Source: Bacteroidia bacterium
GTDB lineage: Bacteria; Bacteroidota; Bacteroidia; UKL13-3
Assembly: GCA_020049855.1 (NCBI GenBank)
Contig: JAGVLJ010000016.1
Location: forward strand, 5,603-69,602
Reading direction: 5' to 3'
Length of the DNA: 64,000 nt
The position numbers and the translations under genes were made by a program. The notes under the pieces were generated by a model. It was given only the letters and a program-made list of their open reading frames with translations. It made no database searches and was not told the DNA's origin. Position 1 is the first letter of the stretch; every line of letters starts with the position of its first letter. Of this stretch, positions 9,801 to 18,346 are shown in pieces.

Positions 9801-11018
9801 TTATTCAAATCGAATGGATTTTAGTGGACTAATCCGGGAAACATAGAGTGAAGGTGCTATCATGCACAGTAAACAAACTGCAAATGTTCCCGTATTAAGT
9901 AACAAAACATCCTGCCATCTTAAATTTACAGGAACACTACTCATATAGTAATTTGCCTGATCAAGGGTAAAAATTTGAGTATGTTGTTGAATCAAACAAA
10001 GGCCTATCCCGATTATATTTCCGATTACTAACCCGTTAAAAAGTAAGCGTGCCGATACATGAAAAAATATTTTCCCGATAGCAATATTTCCTGCACCAAA
10101 AGTTTTAAGCAACCCAATCATGTGGGTACGCTCAAGAATAAGAATAAGGAGTGCCGTAACCATATTAATTACGGATACCACCAACAGCAAGCCAATAATT
10201 ACAATTACATTCACATCAAGTAAATCAAGCCAGTCAAATAAGTTGGGGTTAATTTCCTTAATTGATTTAGCTTCATACTCATAGCCGGTTAAATCATTCA
10301 CCCGCTCAGTATTTTGTTCCAAATAATCAAACTGCTTTAATTGAATTTCAAAACCGCCTACCATGGTTTTACTCCAATCATTCAGCTTTTGAATATGACC
10401 CAAATCACAAATCATATAGATTTTGTCAAACTCTTCTAATCCGGTTTCATAAATCCCCCGGATGATAAAGCTTCTTACCCTTACCGGCTCTTGAATAAAA
10501 TAAACAATTAGCTTTTGTCCGGTATCAAGTCGTAACTTATCGGCTGTAAATTTCGAAATAAGTACCTCATCAGTTGGAAAACTGTCATTAGGTATAATCG
10601 TGTGCCCCTTAATGAGTTTAGTATTAAAAAAGTTCCAATCAAAGTCGGTTCCTATTCCTTTCAGTACAATAGCCTCCATATCGGTTTTGGTACGAATGAT
10701 GCCCGCTTTGGTAGCAAATACTTGTATATGGTTAAAGTCGGGAAGAGTTTTAATAGGTTTAATAAATTCCTGATAACGATAAATAGGAGCCGTTTCATAC
10801 GAATTATTCAAATCAATATGTGCAATTTGAATATGCGACCCAAAGCCAATAATTTTGTCCCGTATTTCATGCTGAAACCCGGTTACAATGGATATTGACA
10901 CAATCATCACCATCACACTTAAGGCAACGCCTGCGGTAGCAATACGTACAATAAGCCGGGAGAAGTTTTTGTTTCCCTTGCCCGATAACCGTTTAGCAAT
11001 AAAATACGTGTAATTCAA
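9801..11018 (-). CDS. LolC/E-type (FtsX/MacB) ABC transporter permease
   Basis: RIATAGVALSV, GFQHEIRDKIIGFGSHI, LILILERTHMIGLLK and ISPLKSIRFE; TTG start. Confidence 0.9.
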   Translation of the reverse strand: MNYTYFIAKRLSGKGNKNFSRLIVRIATAGVALSVMVMIVSISIVTGFQHEIRDKIIGFGSHIQIAHIDLNNSYETAPIYRYQEFIKPIKTLPDFNHIQVFATKAGIIRTKTDMEAIVLKGIGTDFDWNFFNTKLIKGHTIIPNDSFPTDEVLISKFTADKLRLDTGQKLIVYFIQEPVRVRSFIIRGIYETGLEEFDKIYMICDLGHIQKLNDWSKTMVGGFEIQLKQFDYLEQNTERVNDLTGYEYEAKSIKEINPNLFDWLDLLDVNVIVIIGLLLVVSVINMVTALLILILERTHMIGLLKTFGAGNIAIGKIFFHVSARLLFNGLVIGNIIGIGLCLIQQHTQIFTLDQANYYMSSVPVNLRWQDVLLLNTGTFAVCLLCMIAPSLYVSRISPLKSIRFE

Positions 11019-11027
11019 TGTATAAAA

Positions 11028-12215
11028 ATGAAAACGCTCAAATATAGTAAAGCTATTCTTCTTTTAGTTACGCTGATTTGCTTTTCGGCCACCAGTTTCT
11101 CCGGAATTATTACTGGTGCAGAAAGAACAGATTACTACCTGCCGTTGCTTAAGGGTAAGAAAATTGGGTTGGTCATCAACCAAACTTCGATAGTTGGATC
11201 AACACATTTAGTTGATACCCTAAAAAGTTGCGGTGTTACTATCAAGAAAATTTTCGCACCTGAACATGGTTTTAGAGGAAATCACAGTGCCGGAGCCCAT
11301 GTAAGTAGCGGTATTGACAGCCTAACCGGTTTACCTGTAGTTTCGCTATATGGTGATAATAAAAAACCAAAACCCGAACAGCTAAAAGACCTTGATCTGT
11401 TAATTTTTGACATACAGGATGTAGGCGCACGCTTTTATACCTTCATCTCAACCTTACACTATGTAATGGAAGCATGTGCTGAACAGAAAAAACCTCTCCT
11501 TATATTAGACCGTCCTAATCCTAACGGGTTTTATGTTGACGGCCCAGTACTTGATATGAAGTTTAAATCATTTGTAGGCATGCACCCTGTTCCGGTGGTA
11601 CATGGAATGACTATTGGCGAATATGCACAAATGATTAACGGGGAACGCTGGCTGAAAGACTCGGTGCAATGTAAACTAACTGTAGTTGCCTGCGTAAATT
11701 ACAAGCATAGTATGCTTTATAAACTTCCAGTGAGACCTTCACCCAATTTACCATCCATGGAGTCTGTTTACCTCTACCCTTCATTGTGTTTATTTGAAGG
11801 TACAACCATAAGCCTTGGCAGAGGAACCGATAAACCATTTGAATGTTTAGGCAAACCTGATTTTGAAGGGGGGAATTATTCTTTTACTCCTAAAAGCATT
11901 CCGGGAATTGCTGATGACCCTCCATATAAAAATCAACTTTGCAAAGGATACCTGCTAAGCGGATTCAGTGATAAATACCTGTTATCTTCACGTAAGCTAT
12001 ACCTGCTTTGGTTAAACGGGTGCTATGAGAAAGATAAATCAAAAGAAACATTCTTCACGCCATTCTTTGATAAACTTGCTGGAAGTGATGTACTCAGAAA
12101 GCAATTAACAAGCGGTGTTCCCGAAAGTGTTATCCGACAAAGTTGGGAGCCTGATTTGTCAAAATTCAAATTAATGAGAAAGAAATACCTTCTCTATCCT
12201 GACTTTCCTGCGTAG
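11028..12215 (+). CDS. namZ: Exo-beta-N-acetylmuramidase NamZ/DUF1343 (YbbC) family
   Basis: Signal peptide; FAPEHGFRG, FDIQDVGARFYT, LDRPNP, HGMTIGE and PSPNLP. Confidence 0.85.
   Translation: MKTLKYSKAILLLVTLICFSATSFSGIITGAERTDYYLPLLKGKKIGLVINQTSIVGSTHLVDTLKSCGVTIKKIFAPEHGFRGNHSAGAHVSSGIDSLTGLPVVSLYGDNKKPKPEQLKDLDLLIFDIQDVGARFYTFISTLHYVMEACAEQKKPLLILDRPNPNGFYVDGPVLDMKFKSFVGMHPVPVVHGMTIGEYAQMINGERWLKDSVQCKLTVVACVNYKHSMLYKLPVRPSPNLPSMESVYLYPSLCLFEGTTISLGRGTDKPFECLGKPDFEGGNYSFTPKSIPGIADDPPYKNQLCKGYLLSGFSDKYLLSSRKLYLLWLNGCYEKDKSKETFFTPFFDKLAGSDVLRKQLTSGVPESVIRQSWEPDLSKFKLMRKKYLLYPDFPA
11039..11046 (-). promoter_or_regulatory. Candidate -7 promoter (TATATTTG) for the LolC/E gene, inside the namZ coding sequence
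   Basis: CAAATATA on the + strand, 20 nt from the TTG start at 11018. Confidence 0.5.
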
Positions 12216-12244
12216 ATTCTGTAAACTTGCGGTAAATTTACATT

Positions 12245-13189
12245 TTGCATCCACTTCGAATTGTTTTTATAGGCACCCCTGATTTTGCCGTGGCCTCGCT
12301 GGATGCCATGTACCAAAAAGGGTATCACATTGTGGGGGTGATAACTGCCCCAAACAAACCTGCGGGACGGGGAATGCATCTGCATGAATCGGCTGTAAAA
12401 AAGTATGCAACCGAAAAAGGACTCTACATCATGCAGCCTGTCAACTTAAAAGCACCCGAATTTATTGAAGAGTTAAAAACGCTCCATGCCGATTTGCAGG
12501 TAGTAATTGCGTTTAGAATGTTACCTGAAATCGTTTGGAATATGCCCAAGTTAGGCACATTTAACCTGCATGCCTCGCTGCTGCCGCAATACCGTGGAGC
12601 TGCTCCAATAAACTGGGCCATAATGAATGGGGAAAAAGAAACCGGAATAACTACCTTTTTTTTAAGACATGAAATTGATACCGGACAAATTATTCTTCAG
12701 GAAAAAGTAAGTATTGGCGAAAACACAAATGCAGGCGAATTGCATGATGAATTAATGCAAAAGGGAGCCGATTTGGTAATGAAAACGCTTGAATTGATTG
12801 AAAAGGGAAATTACCCGTGTGTGGAACAAGATATTTCTAAAGCTATTAAACATGCACCAAAAATTTACACTGCCCACTGCCAACTTCTTTGGAACAAGTC
12901 GGTGTATAGTTTACATAACCAAATAAGAGGGTTAAGCCCATATCCTGCCGCCTTATCCACATTAAACGGAAAATTACTTAAAGTATACCAGTCAAAGGTT
13001 GAGGTAGCAAATCATACCTTTGCAATAGGCACATTTGTATCTGATGGGAAATCGTATATAAAAGTTGCCGCAACAGACGGATTTGTTCATTTACTCGAAT
13101 TACAACTGGAAGGCAAACGAAAAATGAAAGCAGATGAATTTTTAAGAGGATACGATAAAACCAAATTAGCTATTATACATTCAACTTAA
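12245..13189 (+). CDS. fmt: Methionyl-tRNA formyltransferase
   Basis: GTPDFAV, NLHASLLPQYRGAAPINWA, IRGLSPYP and LEGKRKM. Confidence 0.96.
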   Translation: MHPLRIVFIGTPDFAVASLDAMYQKGYHIVGVITAPNKPAGRGMHLHESAVKKYATEKGLYIMQPVNLKAPEFIEELKTLHADLQVVIAFRMLPEIVWNMPKLGTFNLHASLLPQYRGAAPINWAIMNGEKETGITTFFLRHEIDTGQIILQEKVSIGENTNAGELHDELMQKGADLVMKTLELIEKGNYPCVEQDISKAIKHAPKIYTAHCQLLWNKSVYSLHNQIRGLSPYPAALSTLNGKLLKVYQSKVEVANHTFAIGTFVSDGKSYIKVAATDGFVHLLELQLEGKRKMKADEFLRGYDKTKLAIIHST

Positions 13190-13198
13190 ACCCTTATT

Positions 13199-13951
13199 AT
13201 GAGAAAGTATTTTTTAACATTTCTAACTTTAGCAGTTTGTGCCATATCTTTTGCACAATCTACTACCTCCTCAACCTCGCAATCAGACAAAAGCGGAGTA
13301 ATCAGACTTAAAGGAAAAGCTACCCAAATGGTGATGCCTGATATTGCGGTGGTATATTTTAATGTCAATGCAAAAGAGAAAACAGAACAGGAAACATTAG
13401 CAAAACTCAACTCTCAAACGCAGGCATTAATCACCAGAATGGAGTCTCTTGGTTTCAAAAAAGAGGAGATGAAACTGGGCAACTACCAGATTTACGAAAA
13501 CTACATATACGAGGGTGGCAAACAAAAAAAGTCAGGGTATATTGCAAGCAACAGCATTATTCTAAAATTCAAGTTCGACAAAGAAAAACTAAGCAACCTG
13601 TTTGGTAAAATAATGGGAGAGAAATCGGAAAACATTTCGGTAAATTTCTCTACCGAAGTATCGAAAGAGCTACAGCAAAAAACCAGCACTCAATTAGTAC
13701 GTGAAGCCATTAAAGATGCCAGCATTCGTGCAAAAACTATAGCCGAAGTTGCCGACTTGCGCATAGTAATGATAAAAGAAGTAAACTATCAGGTATTTAA
13801 CTTCAGGCCAATGCCAATAATGGAAAAATCCTACCGAATGGAGGCAGATACAGATATGCCCGCTCCGGCATTTTCAAACGTAGATGTGCAAGAAATTGAA
13901 CTAAGCGAAGAAGTGGAAATTACATTTCAGGTAGAGAATCTGATGAAATAA
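13199..13951 (+). CDS. SIMPL domain (DUF541) secreted protein
   Basis: Signal peptide; IRLKGKA..V.PD, GYIASNSI and AIKDA..RAKTIA. Confidence 0.85.
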   Translation: MRKYFLTFLTLAVCAISFAQSTTSSTSQSDKSGVIRLKGKATQMVMPDIAVVYFNVNAKEKTEQETLAKLNSQTQALITRMESLGFKKEEMKLGNYQIYENYIYEGGKQKKSGYIASNSIILKFKFDKEKLSNLFGKIMGEKSENISVNFSTEVSKELQQKTSTQLVREAIKDASIRAKTIAEVADLRIVMIKEVNYQVFNFRPMPIMEKSYRMEADTDMPAPAFSNVDVQEIELSEEVEITFQVENLMK

Positions 13952-13965
13952 TTTCAAATTATTTA

Positions 13966-14003
13966 TAACAAAAAAGGCAGCTTAATAGCTGCCTTTTTTG
14001 TTA
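13966..14003. terminator. Bidirectional intrinsic terminator
   Basis: Perfect inverted repeat TAACAAAAAAGGCAGCT-taat-AGCTGCCTTTTTTGTTA between convergent genes. Confidence 0.9.
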
Positions 14004-14021
14004 CTATTTTTTTAAAAAAAT

Positions 14022-14774
14022 TTATTCTCCGCTTAAAATACCTCCCAACAAACCTCCAACTCCCCTGCTCTGTTCTTTACCGCCCGATGAGGCAGCTAAA
14101 ATACGGTCGGCTAAACGAGAGAATGGAACACTTTGCAAATACACAATTCCCGGTCCGGTAACCAATGCATAAAAAAGGCCTTCCCCACCAAACAACGAAT
14201 TGCGAAAACCTCCAATAAATTTAATATCGTAGTCAATGCTGCTGGTAAAAGCAACCAAACATCCTGTATCAACACGCAGTGTTTCGCCATGTTTCAACTC
14301 CCGCCTAATAATGGTTCCGCCTGCATGTACAAAAGCTTTTCCATCGCCCTTTAAACGTTGCAGAATAAAACCTTCGCCACCAAATAAACCAGCCCCAATG
14401 CGTTTGGTAAATGCAATATCAATTTCAATTCCTTCTGCCGCGCATAAAAATCCATCTTTCTGGCAAAGAATTTCGCCACCATATTGCTTCAAATCAAAAG
14501 GAATAATTTTTCCCGGATAAGGTGCTGCAAAGGCAACCTTACTTTTTTCAACTCCTTCATTTAGAAAGGACGTAATAAAAAAACTTTCTCCGGTAAACAT
14601 TCGTTTAAGTCCACTGAAAATTCCACCGGTTGAGGTTTGCATTTGAATGCCATTTTCCATGTACAGCATGGCTCCGGCTTCGGCTCTTACTGCCTCATGT
14701 GGATCGAGCTCAATTTCTACTACCTGAATATCGTCACCGATAATATTGTAATCAATTTCATGTGCAATGCCCAT
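14022..14774 (-). CDS. TIGR00266/AIM24 family protein
   Basis: [22 protein letters not shown] and two FGGEG motifs. Confidence 0.92.
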   Translation of the reverse strand: MGIAHEIDYNIIGDDIQVVEIELDPHEAVRAEAGAMLYMENGIQMQTSTGGIFSGLKRMFTGESFFITSFLNEGVEKSKVAFAAPYPGKIIPFDLKQYGGEILCQKDGFLCAAEGIEIDIAFTKRIGAGLFGGEGFILQRLKGDGKAFVHAGGTIIRRELKHGETLRVDTGCLVAFTSSIDYDIKFIGGFRNSLFGGEGLFYALVTGPGIVYLQSVPFSRLADRILAASSGGKEQSRGVGGLLGGILSGE

Positions 14775-14901
14775 AACTATAATTTTTAGTTCCCAAAATT
14801 CTAAGTAATCTTGAATAAATCAAAACAAAAGTGATAACAGGCAGCCAATTACCATTAAACAAAACTGTTAGTCTGATAATAATGAAAAGATTAAATTTGC
14901 A

Positions 14902-15555
14902 GTGATGAGATTTTTTGTATTCCTGTTTAGTTTACTTCTAGTAAGTTTCACACCTGCCACTACTGCGGTAAAAATAGCCCGTCTAAAATACAATGGCGGA
15001 GGTGATTGGTATGCAAATAAAACTTCGCTACCAAACCTCATTCGCTTTTGCAATCAACAACTTAAAACCAATATACAAGGAGAAGAAGATATTGCAGAGG
15101 TCGGCAGCCCGGATATATTCAATTACCCGTTTGTGCATATGACAGGGCACGGAAATGTAGTTTTTTCTTCTTCCGAAGCAGATAACCTACGCAAATACCT
15201 GATGGCCGGAGGTTTTTTGCATATAGATGACAACTATGGGCTGGATAAATTTATACGAAGGGAAATGAAAAAAGTATTCCCCGAACTCAATTTTATAGAA
15301 TTACCTTTTAGTCACCCTATCTATCATCAGGCATTTCAATTTGCCAGTGGGCTGCCAAAAGTACACGAACATGATGGAAAACCAGCTCAGGGTTTTGCAT
15401 TAATTTATAATGGGCGGATGGTTTGTTTTTACAGCTACGAATGTGACTTAGGCAATGGCTGGGAAGATCAGGAGGTGTACAACGATCCTGAAAAAGTGAG
15501 GTTAAAAGCCTTGCAAATGGGAGCTAACCTTATTCAGTTTGCATTTACCCATTAA
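14902..15555 (+). CDS. DUF4159 domain secreted protein
   Basis: LKYNGGGDWYAN, MTGHG, GGFLHIDDNYG and DLGNGWED. Confidence 0.9.
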   Translation: MMRFFVFLFSLLLVSFTPATTAVKIARLKYNGGGDWYANKTSLPNLIRFCNQQLKTNIQGEEDIAEVGSPDIFNYPFVHMTGHGNVVFSSSEADNLRKYLMAGGFLHIDDNYGLDKFIRREMKKVFPELNFIELPFSHPIYHQAFQFASGLPKVHEHDGKPAQGFALIYNGRMVCFYSYECDLGNGWEDQEVYNDPEKVRLKALQMGANLIQFAFTH

Positions 15556-16109
15556 TTAAATCTCGGATCGGGGGGAGAATTACTTAAAATAGCAAAATCA
15601 GTTCCCATCTTAGTTAAAATAGTTTTCCAAAGCATTTCAGGATTTGGATGAAAAATGTATGTCTTTTCAGCTTGGGTAACAAACCACGCCCGCTCTGTAA
15701 GTTCATCCTCTAATTGCCCTGCCGACCACCCGGAATATCCAATAAAAAATCGAATTTGGTTTTCCAAAAAAATTCCGCTTCTAATCCCATCTGCCACGGC
15801 TTCTATATCACCGCCCCAGAATATGCCAGGTTGAATTTGTACGGCATTGGTAGAATATTGCTGGCATGAATGAACAAAGTGAAGTGAATCCTGTTCCACC
15901 GGCCCCCCATAAAATAACCTAACTTTAATTCCGGTAAATTCAGGCAAAACATCGGCAAGATTTAAATTGGTAGGGCGATTGAGTACAAAACCTACTGCTC
16001 CGTTTGCAGCATACGAAGTTAGGTAAACCACTGTACGCTTAAAACTTGGATCTGTCAGGAAAGGGTCGGAAAGAAGAAACATCCCGGCCTTTGGTTTTAT
16101 TATTTCCAT
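15552..16109 (-). CDS. YqgE/AlgH (DUF179) family protein
   Basis: DPSFKRTVV, GFVLNRP, GGPV and GYSGWSAGQLEDE. Confidence 0.92.
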   Translation of the reverse strand: MEIIKPKAGMFLLSDPFLTDPSFKRTVVYLTSYAANGAVGFVLNRPTNLNLADVLPEFTGIKVRLFYGGPVEQDSLHFVHSCQQYSTNAVQIQPGIFWGGDIEAVADGIRSGIFLENQIRFFIGYSGWSAGQLEDELTERAWFVTQAEKTYIFHPNPEMLWKTILTKMGTDFAILSNSPPDPRFN

Positions 16110-16274
16110 AATATGAGTAATCCAGCGGATTTATATAACGGCAAATTTAGTACATTGAACGAAACTAGGCAGAAGGTATGGGATAAATTCAGAATTTTGC
16201 GCATTAACTGGAAAAATTAGACCCTGTTTTTTGATTTATTAATACTAATTTTATCCCGTTAAGCACCACACAAA

Positions 16275-16637
16275 ATGAAGATATTAATAGCTGAAGATGA
16301 GCAAATGCTGAAGAAGGCCGTAGAATTTAAACTTAAGAAGGATGGCCATGAAGTTTTTACAGCAGCAGATGGAAGAGAAGCATTGAGTCTTATCAAAGAG
16401 AATGCATTTGATATGATTATTACGGATATTATGATGCCGTTTGCATCAGGCTTGGAGATAATCAGCCATGTAAGGGCACAGGGATTTAAAATGCCCATCA
16501 TTGTAGTTTCATCTATTGGACTTGAAAATACCGTTCTGGAAGCATTTAAACTTGGAGCTGATGATTTTATTACCAAACCTTTCAGCCCAAATGAGTTATC
16601 AATGCGTGTAAATAGATTATTGTCCAAAATATTATAG
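16275..16637 (+). CDS. Single-domain response regulator (receiver only)
   Basis: AEDE, TDIMMP (phospho-acceptor Asp) and GADDFITKPF; no output domain. Confidence 0.93.
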   Translation: MKILIAEDEQMLKKAVEFKLKKDGHEVFTAADGREALSLIKENAFDMIITDIMMPFASGLEIISHVRAQGFKMPIIVVSSIGLENTVLEAFKLGADDFITKPFSPNELSMRVNRLLSKIL

Positions 16638-18343
16638 TGAGAATTCAAGCATGTGTTACTACTCCCTTTTCGAATTTTGGGAGTAAGATTTTTTTATTTA
16701 TTTTTTGGGTTATGCTATCAGGCATCTCCTCTTTTGCACAGCGCATGCCTGATGTTGATTCAATGTATTTATCAGCCAAAAACATTGGTTTCAGGGGAGT
16801 TTATGACACGGCCCGAATGGAAATGGATACTGTGCTGCAATATGCCCCAAATTATTTAGATGCGCGAACTTTTATAGCTCGCACCTGGAGTTGGGAAAAT
16901 AAATTTGAAAAATCACGCGCACAACTAAAAATTGTACTGGATACCGACCCTAAAAATTACGAAGCACTTGATGCCTTAGTAGACGCATTCAGGTGGCCAA
17001 ACGAAATTGACACGGCATTAGCTATTTGTGAAAAAGCAATTGCCTTGTTTCCGGCCGATACCCTGTTTAAGTATAAAAAGCACGAAGTAATCAGGCAACA
17101 GCGAAATGTTAAGCTTACCACTAACCAACTCTTGTCAGACTCCTTTTATATGAAAGGACGTGCATTGGCTTTTACAGGGAAATATGAGGAGGGTCGTGTA
17201 TGGCTTGATTCTTCGATTAAACGAGACCCCTATTTTTTTGATGCGTATATTCTTAAAGCCCGCACGTTTAGCTGGCAAAAAAAATATGAAGAGGCTCGGC
17301 CTATTCTAAATTACGTTTTACTAAATGATACGCTCCCTTCAAGAAGAAAAGATGCTTATAGTGCGCTGGCTGATGTAGAAATGTATGCGTCTAAAAATAA
17401 AACATCCCGCAAAATTTGCGACACGGCATTGAGCCAATATAAAAAGGCAGTTGAATTTCATAAGAAAAAATCCATTACCCTTGCCAACGAAGATTTTTAC
17501 AAGGAAGCTATTCCCGAACTTCAACTTTATCTTGATTCTGTAAAAAACGATACCGCTTCCATCAAAATGATGGAAGATTTTAAATTCAAAAAATTACGTA
17601 ATTACGCTGGAGCAGGCTGGGTGCGCCAGATGTACAATCCCAAAACCACCTTCGCCCCTTGGGATTTTGGAAATATTGAATACGGACACCGCTTTAGAAA
17701 AGTTCAGTCAATAGGAAGAATAAACTATGCAAAAAGATTTGGGGAACAAGCACTGCAGTTTGAAGTGGATAACTATATTAAAATTTTCAGAGGCACTACC
17801 TTATTTACCAATACAGGAATCTCAAACAAAAATATCCTGTACCCGCGTTACCGTTTAGGTGGCGAGGTTTACCAAAACCTTTGGAGTAAATTCGATGTCT
17901 CGCTGGGGTATCATATACTATTCTATCAACCCGATACCATAAAAGAAACTTTTCATTTGATGGTTGGTTCCATTGGCTACTACTACAAAAAATGGTGGTT
18001 ATCCTACAGGCCGGTAATGGTTTTACAACCTTACGGAAAAGGTTCAACTACCCTGTCAAATACGGCTCAGGCCAGGTGGTTCCATAAATCAGCTTACGAT
18101 TACTTAACATTTATTTTTGCGTATGCAAACGGAGCGATTGGATTAAACAACCCTACTGCCATAGTTTTTGGAGAAAAAAATTTCGTGAAACTCCAAACAA
18201 TACGGTTTGGAATTGACTTTCAGCGAAGGCTTAACACCACCGTTTTTGGCGGATTGGGAGCATGGAGCGATTATGACGAGTATTCGGCCAGTAAATACCG
18301 ATACCGTTTTACACTTACACTCAACTTGAAAAAAGTTTTTTAA
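16637..18343 (+). CDS. TPR-repeat + YaiO-type outer-membrane beta-barrel protein
   Basis: Signal peptide; two TPR modules with ARTxSW; barrel with GRINYAKRF, QFEVDNY and YPRYRLGGEVY; terminal Phe. Confidence 0.8.
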   Translation: MRIQACVTTPFSNFGSKIFLFIFWVMLSGISSFAQRMPDVDSMYLSAKNIGFRGVYDTARMEMDTVLQYAPNYLDARTFIARTWSWENKFEKSRAQLKIVLDTDPKNYEALDALVDAFRWPNEIDTALAICEKAIALFPADTLFKYKKHEVIRQQRNVKLTTNQLLSDSFYMKGRALAFTGKYEEGRVWLDSSIKRDPYFFDAYILKARTFSWQKKYEEARPILNYVLLNDTLPSRRKDAYSALADVEMYASKNKTSRKICDTALSQYKKAVEFHKKKSITLANEDFYKEAIPELQLYLDSVKNDTASIKMMEDFKFKKLRNYAGAGWVRQMYNPKTTFAPWDFGNIEYGHRFRKVQSIGRINYAKRFGEQALQFEVDNYIKIFRGTTLFTNTGISNKNILYPRYRLGGEVYQNLWSKFDVSLGYHILFYQPDTIKETFHLMVGSIGYYYKKWWLSYRPVMVLQPYGKGSTTLSNTAQARWFHKSAYDYLTFIFAYANGAIGLNNPTAIVFGEKNFVKLQTIRFGIDFQRRLNTTVFGGLGAWSDYDEYSASKYRYRFTLTLNLKKVF

Positions 18344-18346
18344 AAG

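Noticed and set aside
16259-16648. Antisense 129-aa ORF over the response regulator
   Set aside because: The opposite strand carries the complete receiver motifs
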